Origin: Candidatus Microgenomatus sp.
Lineage (GTDB): Bacteria; Patescibacteriota; Microgenomatia; UBA8517
Direction: 5' to 3'
Length of the DNA stretch: 53,850 nucleotides
Assembly: GCA_020724555.1 (NCBI GenBank)
Contig: DYGT01000001.1
Coordinates: 1-53,850, forward strand
Each line of letters opens with the position of its first letter. Within the stretch, counting starts at the first letter, position 1. A program made the position numbers and the translations under genes. Of this stretch, positions 26,236-35,300 are shown in pieces. Under the pieces are notes generated by a model. That model had not been told where the DNA came from. It saw nothing but the letters and a program-made list of their open reading frames with translations, and did no database searches.

Positions 26236-26838
26236 TTACGACTTAATCCTCATCGCTGGATTCAGCTTCTCCCGCAACCTGCGGGATTCGGCTGCCCCCA
26301 ACTTTGCTGACTTGACGGATTGCGCTTCATCTAGATTATTGCGCGTTCCCGCTCCGGCGTGCGGCTTTCCCGCACCGGGCGAGCCGTAATGCTTGTTCAT
26401 GCTCAATTTAAACTCAGTTATATACTTGAGTTCATCTTTGGTAAGTTTGCGTATATCCTGCCTGCCTTTTACTACCTCAGCTATGCTGCAAAAAGCCTCA
26501 AAACTTTTTGCTTTGTAGCCTAATAGTTTGTGTTTTTGAAAAAACGGAATAATTACATTATAAATATCATCCCTTTTTGTAACTTCAAAAACATAAGCCG
26601 GCAATCGACCATTTTTAGCCGATTTCTTTTGATATACACTACCTATTCCAAAATATTGTTGAATACTTTCCAACAAAGGTTTATTTCCAATTGCTTGCGA
26701 GATAAAAAATCGTAAATCGATTCTGTTATTTTTTCGCAAAACAACTAAAAAACAACCCTCACCTTCAGTTAACCCAACAATGTATTGAGCCAAGAACATT
26801 ACGTATTTCCCTTCATCATTCATATTTTCATAGTACAA
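26236..26838 (-). CDS. LAGLIDADG homing endonuclease encoded in the 16S insertion
   Basis: Motif YIVGLTEGEGCFLVV; the rest aligns with the 23S intron ORFs (IIPFFQKHKLLGYKAKSFEAF...). There is no stop inside the insertion. The frame runs 82 nt into the 16S 3' exon and ends at the TAA of GGATTAAGTCGTAAC. Confidence 0.8.
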   Translation of the reverse strand: MYYENMNDEGKYVMFLAQYIVGLTEGEGCFLVVLRKNNRIDLRFFISQAIGNKPLLESIQQYFGIGSVYQKKSAKNGRLPAYVFEVTKRDDIYNVIIPFFQKHKLLGYKAKSFEAFCSIAEVVKGRQDIRKLTKDELKYITEFKLSMNKHYGSPGAGKPHAGAGTRNNLDEAQSVKSAKLGAAESRRLREKLNPAMRIKS

Positions 26839-27166
26839 ATATTACCCGAAAATATCAATGACTAATATGGAATCTGCTGACTTCCTTGCAAGCAATTATC
26901 TAGTAACTCACAAGGATCTCCCTGGGTCGCAGCAATTTCTGTTCCTGACATGAATGAAAAGCTTAATTTCGCAACTTCCTTCCGACCGCCCAACAGAAGT
27001 CGCTGTGCTTGTTTTTATTCATCCCTGCCATTTGTCTCACGCCCTCCACCCTTTTCAGTTACCTAAAAAGGACTGCGATTATTTTTTTTGACTATTCACC
27101 CCGTTCTACGGGGCAAAATGGGATTTTAACCCACTAGAAATTACTACTGCCAGGCGCGTTGTGCTT
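26318..27166 (-). mobile_element. 849-nt insertion in the 16S decoding centre (between C1402 and C1404, E. coli numbering; boundary ambiguous by 1 nt)
   Basis: The conserved GTACACACCGCC is followed by AAGCACAACGCG..., and the conserved sequence resumes as CGTCAAGTCAGC after ...GAAGCGCAATC. The boundaries lack the U(-1)/terminal-G signature seen in the two 23S introns. Confidence 0.7.
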
Positions 27167-28535
27167 GGCGGTGTGTACAAGACCTGAGAACGTATTCACC
27201 GCGGCATAGCTGATCCGCGATTACTACCAATTCCACGTTCAAGCCGCCGAGTTGCAGGCGGCTATCCCCACTGAGAGGCCGTTTGATGGGATTAGCTCCG
27301 CGTTTCCGCTTGGCAACCCATTGTCGGCCCCATTGTAGCATGTGTGTAGCCCCGGATATAAGGGCCATGCTGACCTGACGTCGTCCCCACTTCCTACCCG
27401 CATAGCGGGTTAGTCTCCCGAGAATATTTAACTCAGGACAGGGGTTGCGCTCGTTACCCCACTTAAGGGAACACCCCACGGCACGAGCTGACGACGGCCA
27501 TGCAACACCTGTGTAATCCCTGTCAACAAAGTTGACATTCCAACCTATCTCTAGGCGGCATTAAGAATTACATGTCAAACCCGGGTAAGGTTCTTCGGTT
27601 CGTTTCGAATTAAACCACATGCTCCACTGGTTGTGCAGGTCCCCGTCAATTCCTTTGAGTTTTACGCTTGCGCGCGTACTCCCCAGGCGGCTCGCTTCAC
27701 GCGTTAGCTTACGCCCATGATCCCATCCATTACCTGTAACAAACCAGAAATATAAAATTCATACAGAGAATGGATGGGACCAGGGGCTAGCGAGCATCGT
27801 TTACGGCTAGGACTACAGGGGTCTCTAATCCCTTTCGCTACCCTAGCTTTCGTCCCTGAGCGTCAAAGAATCCCTAGCTACCCGCCTTCGCCCTTGGAAT
27901 TCCTACCGATATCAACGGATTTCACCCCTACACCGGTAGTTCTAGTAGCCCCGAGATCTTTCTATCCTGGCAGTATTACATCCCCTCCTGAGGTTAAGCC
28001 CCAGTCTTTGAAATGTAACTTACCAAGACGCCTGCGAACGCTTTACGCCCAATAAATCCGGGCAACGCTTGCACCCTCCGTATTACCGCAGCTGCTGGCA
28101 CGAAGTTAGCGGGTGCTTATTCGCCATAGACTCTCACCTATGGCAAAAGAAGTTTACGACCCGAAGGCCTTCATCCTTCACGCGGTGTCGCGGCGTCAGA
28201 CTTTCGTCCATTGCGCACGATTCCCAGTTGCTGCCACCCGTAGGTGTATGGCCCGTGTCTCAGTGCCATTCTGGGGGGCCACGCTCTCACGCCCCCTAAC
28301 CGTCATTGTCTTGGTAGGCCATTACCCTACCAACTAACTGATGGTACGCAGGCTCCTCTCTCGGCGAATAGTTACATCCTTTCTCCCATCCTTCATCTGG
28401 GAAGACAATGTTACCATTATCTCACCAAAAGAAGGATGGGGCTTATGCGGTATTAACCCCGCTTTCGCGGGGCTATTCCCCACCAAGAGGTAGATTCCTA
28501 CGCGTTACTCAGCCGTTCGCGACTCCCTGTCCATC

Positions 28536-28799
28536 TTATGCTCTATTCAAACTATTACTGATTCTTAATTTCAGCTGTCTATATGAACTAGAAAACTTCT
28601 TCAAATTATTTTCTCTTTTTATGCTATCTTTCTTTGATAAAAAAGCTTCATAATAAACAAGTTTCCAAGGAATACCATATTTAGTAGATTTGTTTAAACC
28701 TTTGTTATGTTCATTAAATCTTTTTTTTAAATCTCTCGTAGAACCAATATAAATTCTTCTTTGGTATTTAGAACTTTTTAAGATATAAACATAATTCAT
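28536..28799 (-). CDS. GIY-YIG nuclease-family protein, copy 3, inside 16S helix 6
   Basis: Sequence MNYVYILKSSKYQRRIYIGSTRDLKKRFNEHNKGLNKSTKYGIPWKLVYYEAF...IKRENNLKK. The supplied ORF start at 28835 is an upstream in-frame ATG that abuts the rRNA stem. Confidence 0.8.
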   Translation of the reverse strand: MNYVYILKSSKYQRRIYIGSTRDLKKRFNEHNKGLNKSTKYGIPWKLVYYEAFLSKKDSIKRENNLKKFSSSYRQLKLRISNSLNRA

Positions 28800-28835
28800 A
28801 TTTATAAAATTATATGGCATTTTTATAAAGCACAT
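28536..28835 (-). mobile_element. 300-nt insertion forming the loop of 16S helix 6, consisting almost entirely of the GIY-YIG ORF
   Basis: It is closed by a perfect 11-bp stem, CCCTGTCCATC (28846-28836) with GATGGACAGGG (28535-28525). These sit where h6 lies, between GCAAGTGGAACG and AGTCGCGAACGGCTGAGTAACGCG. Confidence 0.7.
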
Positions 28836-28948
28836 GATGGACAGGGCGTTCCACTTGCATGCTTAATGCACACCGCCAGCGTTCACCCTGGGCCAGGATC
28901 AAACCCTCAAAAAGTGACGAGAACATGTGTTTACACAGTTCGTCTTTA

Positions 28949-28968
28949 CGCTTTACAGACGCATATTG
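28949..28968 (-). promoter_or_regulatory. 5' strand of the 16S processing stem
   Basis: Pairs with 26089-26070 (see that feature). Confidence 0.6.
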
Positions 28969-29056
28969 AATGTCAAAGTACTTAAAAATTCCTCTCACAA
29001 TTACTATTGAAGTTGTTACCCCGCCAAGCGGGGAAGTTAACCTTGTAGTGAAGATA

Positions 29057-29085
29057 ATTATACATGGCATTTCCCGTAAGGTCAA
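29057..29085 (-). promoter_or_regulatory. Near-consensus sigma70 promoter for the 16S rRNA
   Basis: Minus strand reads TTGACC (29085-29080), then a 17-nt spacer, then TATAAT (29062-29057). It lies ~145 nt upstream of the 16S 5' end. Confidence 0.55.
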
Positions 29086-29148
29086 TCTGTTATATTGCCG
29101 CCTCGCGGTGGCCGAAACAATTTGCCCGGCCACCTAAGGCGCGACAAC

Positions 29149-29412
29149 TTACTCTTCTTTAGGCGGACGTGCCATCTTAACGATTATGTTTCTTTCCTCT
29201 ACTTCTTTTTGATCCATTTCTTCTATTGCTTTTAAGGCTGATTCCTCTTTTGCGAATTCGACAAAACCAAATCCTTTGGATTTGCCGGTATCACGAAAAG
29301 TAATCACCACAGCATCTGTGATTTCACCAAAGGGGCTAAAAAGCTCTCTGAGTTGTTCATCACGAACAGACCAAGGAAGATTTCCTACGTAAATTTTTTT
29401 ATTGTTTTGCAA
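29149..29412 (-). CDS. RNA-binding protein, single RRM domain
   Basis: RNP-2 is IYVGNL and RNP-1 is KGFGFVEF. It uses a TTG start after GAGGAGGTGA. Confidence 0.85.
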   Translation of the reverse strand: MQNNKKIYVGNLPWSVRDEQLRELFSPFGEITDAVVITFRDTGKSKGFGFVEFAKEESALKAIEEMDQKEVEERNIIVKMARPPKEE

Positions 29413-29619
29413 ACCTAGCTCACCTCCTCAAATAGTTTTTTAGGAAAAAGAACTATCTGAACAAGTGAATAACTTGAAGAGTCTTTTTCTTACCGAAACT
29501 CATGACTATTCTAACACAAACGTACAAAAAAATCACTTTGCCCTTAAAACAGTCCTTAAGAGGCTCTGGAGAAATACGCCTTATGGAGTTTGCTCATGCA
29601 TAATGTTAAAATACAGCAC

Positions 29620-29691
29620 GGCCCCATCGTCTAGCGGTCAGGACACCGGGCTTTCATCCCGGCAACCAGGGTTCGATTCCCTGTGGGGTCA
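29620..29691 (+). tRNA. tRNA-Glu (UUC)
   Basis: GGCCCCATCGTCTAGCGGTCAGGACACCGGGCTTTCATCCCGGCAACCAGGGTTCGATTCCCTGTGGGGTCA has anticodon loop CTTTCAT. No CCA is encoded. Confidence 0.85.
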
Positions 29692-29983
29692 CTCACTTTC
29701 AAAATAAACCAATTCAGGAAATACTTGGGCAAGTGTACAGTTTTGCTGTTGTGGATTGCCAAACAAAAGGTAAATTATACCCTCTTTTTTTGAATGATCG
29801 GTAAAAAATACTACCTCCACGTCTTCTACAACTCTCCGGAGTTTTTTCCATGGCTTTGAGCATACCCGCAACTACTTGGGCTTCATAAAAGCTGTTTTCT
29901 TTTTTGTGAACTTATAGAATTTGCTGAAGATTCCGGTTTTTTGTGAGTATAAAAAAGTTTATAATATTATTTCCCACTTTAAT

Positions 29984-30012
29984 TTGCCCATATTTTTGTT
30001 TTGGGGTAAAAT
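29984..30012 (+). promoter_or_regulatory. Possible promoter for tRNA-Lys
   Basis: Reads TTGCCC, then a 17-nt spacer, then TAAAAT. It ends ~30 nt before the tRNA. Confidence 0.4.
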
Positions 30013-30041
30013 ATACGAGCCTAACTGGGCCTAATAAACCC

Positions 30042-30113
30042 GGCCCCGTAGCTCAATGGTAGAGCAACAGCCTTTTAAGCTGATGGTTGGAGGTTCGAGC
30101 CCTCCCGGGGTCA
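30042..30113 (+). tRNA. tRNA-Lys (UUU)
   Basis: GGCCCCGTAGCTCAATGGTAGAGCAACAGCCTTTTAAGCTGATGGTTGGAGGTTCGAGCCCTCCCGGGGTCA has anticodon loop CTTTTAA. No CCA is encoded. Confidence 0.85.
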
Positions 30114-30229
30114 CAAAAGTACAAAGATTAGCACGTACGCAAAAAGCTAATCAAACCACATCAAACTCAAAAGTTTATAAAAATATTATACTTTAACGAC
30201 AATTACAAATTCGTCGACTAACGGGTTAC

Positions 30230-30547
30230 TTACCAGGATCGGCCACCTCCACGATTTCCACCTTTTCCACCTCGGTTATAATCGTTTCTAGGCCTATCCT
30301 CCATGGGACGAGCCTCATTTACCGCTATTTTTCGTCCTTCGACTTCTGTGTTATTTAATTCTTTAATCGCTTTTTGGGCTTCCTCATCGCTTGACATTTC
30401 CACAAAACCAAAGCCTTTGCTTTGGTTGGTCGTACGATCAACAATAACTTTTGCCGAAACTACTGTACCAATCTTGGTAAACAGTTCTCGCAAACCATCA
30501 TCATCTAATTGATAAGAAAGACCTCCAACGAATAATCTATTTGCTAT
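30230..30547 (-). CDS. RNA-binding protein, RRM domain plus a Gly/Arg-rich tail; probable non-canonical start
   Basis: RNP-1 is KGFGFVEM. RNP-2 (LFVGGL) lies upstream of the first canonical start (TTG 30493) but in the same open frame. ATA at 30547 sits 6 nt after GGTGGTGA, and an in-frame TGA lies two codons upstream. Confidence 0.65.
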   Translation of the reverse strand: MANRLFVGGLSYQLDDDGLRELFTKIGTVVSAKVIVDRTTNQSKGFGFVEMSSDEEAQKAIKELNNTEVEGRKIAVNEARPMEDRPRNDYNRGGKGGNRGGGRSW

Positions 30548-30679
30548 TTGTAATCACCACCCTTTTATATATATGTGTTGGTAACGGTTTCTTCTATGAG
30601 TATTTAATATTACATATTTGAAGTACTTAAAAGAAGGTTAACATTAATCCAACATTACAGTAAGTATAACACACTTTAA

Positions 30680-32338
30680 TTATTGGTGGGTCCAGTTGGT
30701 CCACCCCATGTTTTTGCCGAATCCGATGCTTGAGGAGGTCGGAAAATTAGTACCGGCGTAGTAATTTACAAGCCAGGGGATCCAAGCATCATCACTACCC
30801 GGGGTAAAGCCAACTCTATAAAGAATATCCATTGATCGAACTACCGCATTCTCACCTGAATCAAAAGGTACAATACCAGCACGGTGCAAAAGTACAGCTG
30901 TAACAACATACCCCTGCATACCTTCCCACATATACCCGCTTCTGATTGGTGGCCATTGGAAATCAGCAGCTCTACGCCAATCTTCCGGCAGAACTCCAGA
31001 TACATCTTGCCCTTGAATTACTGCTCCTTTGCGGTTTACACCCCATTTATTAGTGAAGTCAGCATGCCAGGTGGTATCCGTACAGTAAAGATTATTAGTA
31101 ACTGCTTCACCAATAAACGCCCTATACGCCCTTGTAACGCGGTCAAGTAGTGCTTCATCATTCAAATAAAGTGCTGCAGCAGCTACAGATGCTCTTGCAT
31201 GACCTCCCCAGTTAGAGGCTGACCTGTAAGCCGTTATCTGAACGTCGCCTAGCCCTGACGGGGAGAGAGGCTGGCCGTAGGTATTACACAATTCTGAACC
31301 GCCGGAATGATATTGACCGGTAGGAGTATTAATCATATCCCGAACCCAACTTTCAAACTGTGGGGTTCGGTAACCGATCAGATCTGCAGCTATTATGTAA
31401 GTCTGTAATCCTCTTGAAAGCTCAAGAGCGCGCGAGATGTCCGAATTCATTGCAGACTGGAGGGCGTTTACTACCTTATCGTGCATCGCACTATCGCCGG
31501 TTCTTGCAGCAACAAGGGCACCTGCTAAAGTATATACGTCGTGATTAGAATTGTTGTCGTCTAGATGTGCAGTTCCCCAACTTGAGTTGGCTGCTGATAA
31601 TAAGTTTTCCCAAGCGGACCCAGAGGTTGGCAATTTAGCCAACTCTTCAGGTGAAATCCATAATCCTTGAGATACACCAGGAGGTGGTGTTGGACCACTG
31701 GTTGGAGTCGGTGTAGGTTTGGCTGTAGCAGTGGGTGTGGGTGTTGTGGTGGGCTTAATTGTGGGTGCGTTTGTTGGTTCAGCATCTGGGTTAAGTACTA
31801 CACTTACTGTTTGACCAGTTTGGATTAAACGGTTTCCTTCCTCTGAAACTACACTTGAATTTTGAGTATTAACGCTTATGTTAACCGTCTGATTTAAACT
31901 TGAAGTCGCACTAGTAAAGCGGAGAGTGGCCAATTGAATACTGCCCGTTGGTAAATTATCACGTTGCGCCGGATCTGCACCCAAAACAAACAGGATTGAC
32001 CCATTTTGATTTGCCTGATTTTGGGTGGAGACTTCTATTTGCCGACCAAACACGTTAGAAACGCTGGGATTTTCACTTAATTGAATTTTGCTCTCATCAA
32101 AATTCACCTCGGTTTTTACATAACCTAATTTGTTCCCATTTGCATTTATACTAACATTAACCACCAATGTCTCCCCTTCTTTAAGCTCACTATTGGAGAC
32201 TTGCAAGCCATATTCTACGTTGGCTGCACGAGATGGTAAAACCCCCATACCAGAAAGTAAAAGGTATAGCCCAACAGCCAAACCAGCAACCATAACAACC
32301 AATATTGCTATTCGTACTTTTTTATTTTTAATCTCCAT
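30680..32338 (-). CDS. Membrane-anchored cohesin-like domain protein with a C-terminal alpha-helical polysaccharide-lyase-like domain (tentative)
   Basis: N-terminal TM anchor. A cohesin-type pattern is present (LKEGETLVVNVSINANGNKLGYVKTEVNFDESKIQL ... GSILFVLGADP...PTGSIQLATLRFT), followed by a TPTPT linker. The C-terminal ~330 aa resemble alginate-lyase/heparinase-type domains, with low certainty. Confidence 0.55.
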   Translation of the reverse strand: MEIKNKKVRIAILVVMVAGLAVGLYLLLSGMGVLPSRAANVEYGLQVSNSELKEGETLVVNVSINANGNKLGYVKTEVNFDESKIQLSENPSVSNVFGRQIEVSTQNQANQNGSILFVLGADPAQRDNLPTGSIQLATLRFTSATSSLNQTVNISVNTQNSSVVSEEGNRLIQTGQTVSVVLNPDAEPTNAPTIKPTTTPTPTATAKPTPTPTSGPTPPPGVSQGLWISPEELAKLPTSGSAWENLLSAANSSWGTAHLDDNNSNHDVYTLAGALVAARTGDSAMHDKVVNALQSAMNSDISRALELSRGLQTYIIAADLIGYRTPQFESWVRDMINTPTGQYHSGGSELCNTYGQPLSPSGLGDVQITAYRSASNWGGHARASVAAAALYLNDEALLDRVTRAYRAFIGEAVTNNLYCTDTTWHADFTNKWGVNRKGAVIQGQDVSGVLPEDWRRAADFQWPPIRSGYMWEGMQGYVVTAVLLHRAGIVPFDSGENAVVRSMDILYRVGFTPGSDDAWIPWLVNYYAGTNFPTSSSIGFGKNMGWTNWTHQ

Positions 32339-35300
32339 AGACGTTTAACTCCGTATAATTGGCCAGCACCAGAGAGATATCAATAATATTAATTGTTCCA
32401 TCCCAGTTTACATCATATTTTTTGGTTTCCTGAGTGGGTACTACTGATAAGGCTGTATAAGCAGACAATATTGCAGAAACATCTTGAATGTCCAAAATAT
32501 TATCCTCATCAAAGTCTCCAACCAAAACCTGCTCAGCAAAAATAATTTCATTTTCTCCGGCTACCAAAACCACGTTTTCAACTTTCCGACGCAAGTGATA
32601 TGGACCTTTTACATACACATTATAAGTACCCGGAACGATACCTGCGGCTACAAATTCTGCTTCATATCTTCCATCCACCAATCCAAACAAGACATTCTCC
32701 TGAAAAACAGTATCTCCCTCAAACTCAGTCAAAGTAACACCGGTTTTAAGCTGGTGTTGAATCGTACCCTGAGTAATGCCCTGAGCAGAAAAACTTAATT
32801 TTAAAACAACATCCTCAGGCTCAGGGGAAGCAGTAGGAGTGACCTGCGGCGTTGCAGTTGGAGTAGGAGCTGGAGTTGAAGAGGGCCCCACGCTGCTTCC
32901 ATAAGTATGAAGCCAGATAACATAATCCACACCATCCACCACACCATCGCGGTTGAAATCTGCATCCCTTTGGCCACCACTAACATTTTGGTCGCGATTA
33001 TTGTTCCAGATTACAAAATCGTCCTCATCCACATCTCCGTCTAAATCTGCATCTCCAATATATTCACCTAGCGGGCTTTGAGATGGGTTAGGCGTAACAT
33101 TAGTGCCTTCACCTGATATTTCCAAAGCAACTAACGCCCAGTCTGTGGCACTACTAATATTCCCTTCAAGCTGATAGGTATTAGCCTCAGTGACATTTGC
33201 ATAAGAAGCGGAAAGCCCAGCCACATCTCCTCCAGAGCCCGCAGATACTTCAGAAATTTCTTCAAACCCTCCTTGAGCAGAATGGGTTTTATTGCGAATG
33301 GCAACGGCGTTATAGATTATGCCAGTACCACTTGCATCAAAACTTACCGAATAGCTTTCTGAATCTGTTCCACCCGAACAAGCTCCACCCTCACCATTCG
33401 TATTTGCACCCAAGACAGATGTTACCGTGGCAGCATTAAAAACAGAAACTGAGATAACGGCGCTTGAGCGGGAACTGCCCAAATTTGCCGTTACACTACC
33501 ACCCTGAGACTGGCCAACCGCATACCACACGTCCACTCCCGTGGCATTTCTACCTGAACATTGGTAACTTGCTCGCGACCAATTAAGACCCAAGCCATTA
33601 ACAGATTCGACCTGCCCACTGGGCCTGGTGGAAACAGCAGCTATATACAGCAAAGAATTATTAGACGGGGAAAGAGTGCCAGATGACACCAAACTTGCCC
33701 CTTCAGATATACCTGTTACTGTTTGCAAATGAGAGCCACTTGAACCAGACGGCAAAGGTGCACCTGTGGCGGTGGCTGTAGGTGTAGGTAGGTTGGTCGG
33801 CTGATTTGTAGGTGAATTGGTAGGAGTATTGGTTGGCGTTACTCCTCCGGTTCCGCTTGAAGTTTTTTGAACTGTAAATTGGTCAATCACCTGTCCACTA
33901 ATATTTTTAAAGTAACCCTCAGCTTTGTATGGGTCTCCATCTACATTGAATTCGATAAATAAAGCCCCATATTCGGCATTTTGGTCCGAAGTATAGATAC
34001 TGGCCCATTCACCCTTGCAGCCATAGGGGTATGTATCTGGCTGGCACCGATCTTGGTTTCTGATACTATTTCCGCCAAGCCCTGACACAAAAGCAAACGT
34101 TCTCCCCTCAGAAACACACAAAGAATTTGGATCGGAACAGGTTGAATCTACAGTTTGATTTTCAAAGCTAGTAAGCGTCTTTGTACGCTCATAGCTATGT
34201 TCATGGCCGGTGGCAATTATAGCTCCAAAATCCATACAATTTTCATATACATTCCAGCCCATTTCATCGCTTTTTCCACCTACTTGCAGAGCTTTTTGGT
34301 TTTTGTGCCATGAACAAATTTTCCAAATATGATTATCGCTTTGCAGCTGATTTTGAATATATGGAGCATAGGTATTATTCCCCGCAGAGACTCCGTCTTG
34401 GCCCACAAATACCATCTTTAAGCCTTTATAGGTAGTGGTGTACATCTGATCATTAAGGTCCGTGCTATCCGGAGTCACATTCATGGCTTCCATGCGGTCA
34501 ACAAAAAAGTCTGCATAACATCCATCAGAATCTCCGCAGCCAGAATTCCATGAATCCTCGTCGTGGTTACCTACTGACCCTAAATAAGGGAAACTTGACC
34601 CAAGCTCAGAATTTACTACACCAAAAAAGTCATCGGCACGAAGAGAATAGTCAAAATCTCCTTGGTGCAATACCAAATCAGCGCCTTCGCTTTCAATTAA
34701 CCGGAGGACTGAACGAAAATTGCTGCCATATCCAGAGTCACCTATAAAGGCTACTTTTAGGTTAGCCTCGGTTGGGATTTCATCTCCACTGGGCGGATTG
34801 GTTGGGTTAGGTTGACCCGTGGGAGTTGGTATAACTGGTGGTGTAGTTGGTGAAATAGTTGGACCAGGAGTAAATCCACCCCTAGGATCCCAAGCTGTAT
34901 CAATCTCTAAATCTAAAGCGTTTGCGATAGTTTGCCAATTCACCACAGTTAAGGCATCGCTGTTACTGTTGTTGTGGGCCAAAAACATGCCATTTGGGTA
35001 TTTTGAACCAAAGTTGACGTTACTTACATCAATACCGTCGGTATCGCTTACTCCACTTATTCTAAAGGTATCTATATAAGCGTTAGAATTTCGGTCAAAA
35101 ACCATAAATTCATTGTTTCCCTGGTCTGACAAAATCAAATATCCAGTCCCGTCTGACTTGTAATATATTGTTACACCTTCAGCATCATCCCCGGAAAAGC
35201 CATAGTCCCCTTTGCCTAATACCTCCGTTCTACTGCTTGTGCTATCTGTTGGCTCAGCCCCATACCGCCAAAGGGCATTTTCTTCCTCAGCAAAATACAC

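Larger units (their letters stand above)
26194..28913 (-). rRNA. rrs: 16S rRNA with two large insertions (exons about 1.57 kb)
   Basis: Read on the minus strand: AGGGTTTGATCCTGGCCCAGGGTGAACGCTGGCGG (5' end), GTGCCAGCAGCTGCGGTAATAC, GATTAGAGACCCCTGTAGTCC, TTGTACACACCGCC // CGTCAAGTCAGC, and AAGTCGTAACAAGGTATCCG...GGATCACCTCCTTT (3' end). Confidence 0.9.

Noticed and set aside
27722-28440. Two extra hairpins in the 16S with similar stems: CCCATCCATT/AATGGATGGG at 27722-27778 (the h26 region) and CCCATCCTTC/GAAGGATGGG at 28385-28440 (the h9-h10 region).
   Set aside because: They are short (about 30-35 nt of extra sequence) and sit in known variable helices, so I interpret them as ordinary expansion segments. 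The stem similarity may be chance.
26201-28653. Supplied ORFs 26201-26389, 27144-27479, 27774-28055, 28069-28299, 28113-28337, 28244-28456 and 28408-28653.
   Set aside because: They lie within 16S rRNA exons or antisense to them. There is no coding signal beyond being open.
28810-29133. 107-aa ORF upstream of the 16S.
   Set aside because: It spans the 16S 5' end, the leader processing stem and the promoter, so it is most likely non-coding.
29689-29871. 60-aa minus-strand ORF next to tRNA-Glu.
   Set aside because: It overlaps the tRNA 3' end, and has no SD and no recognisable motif.
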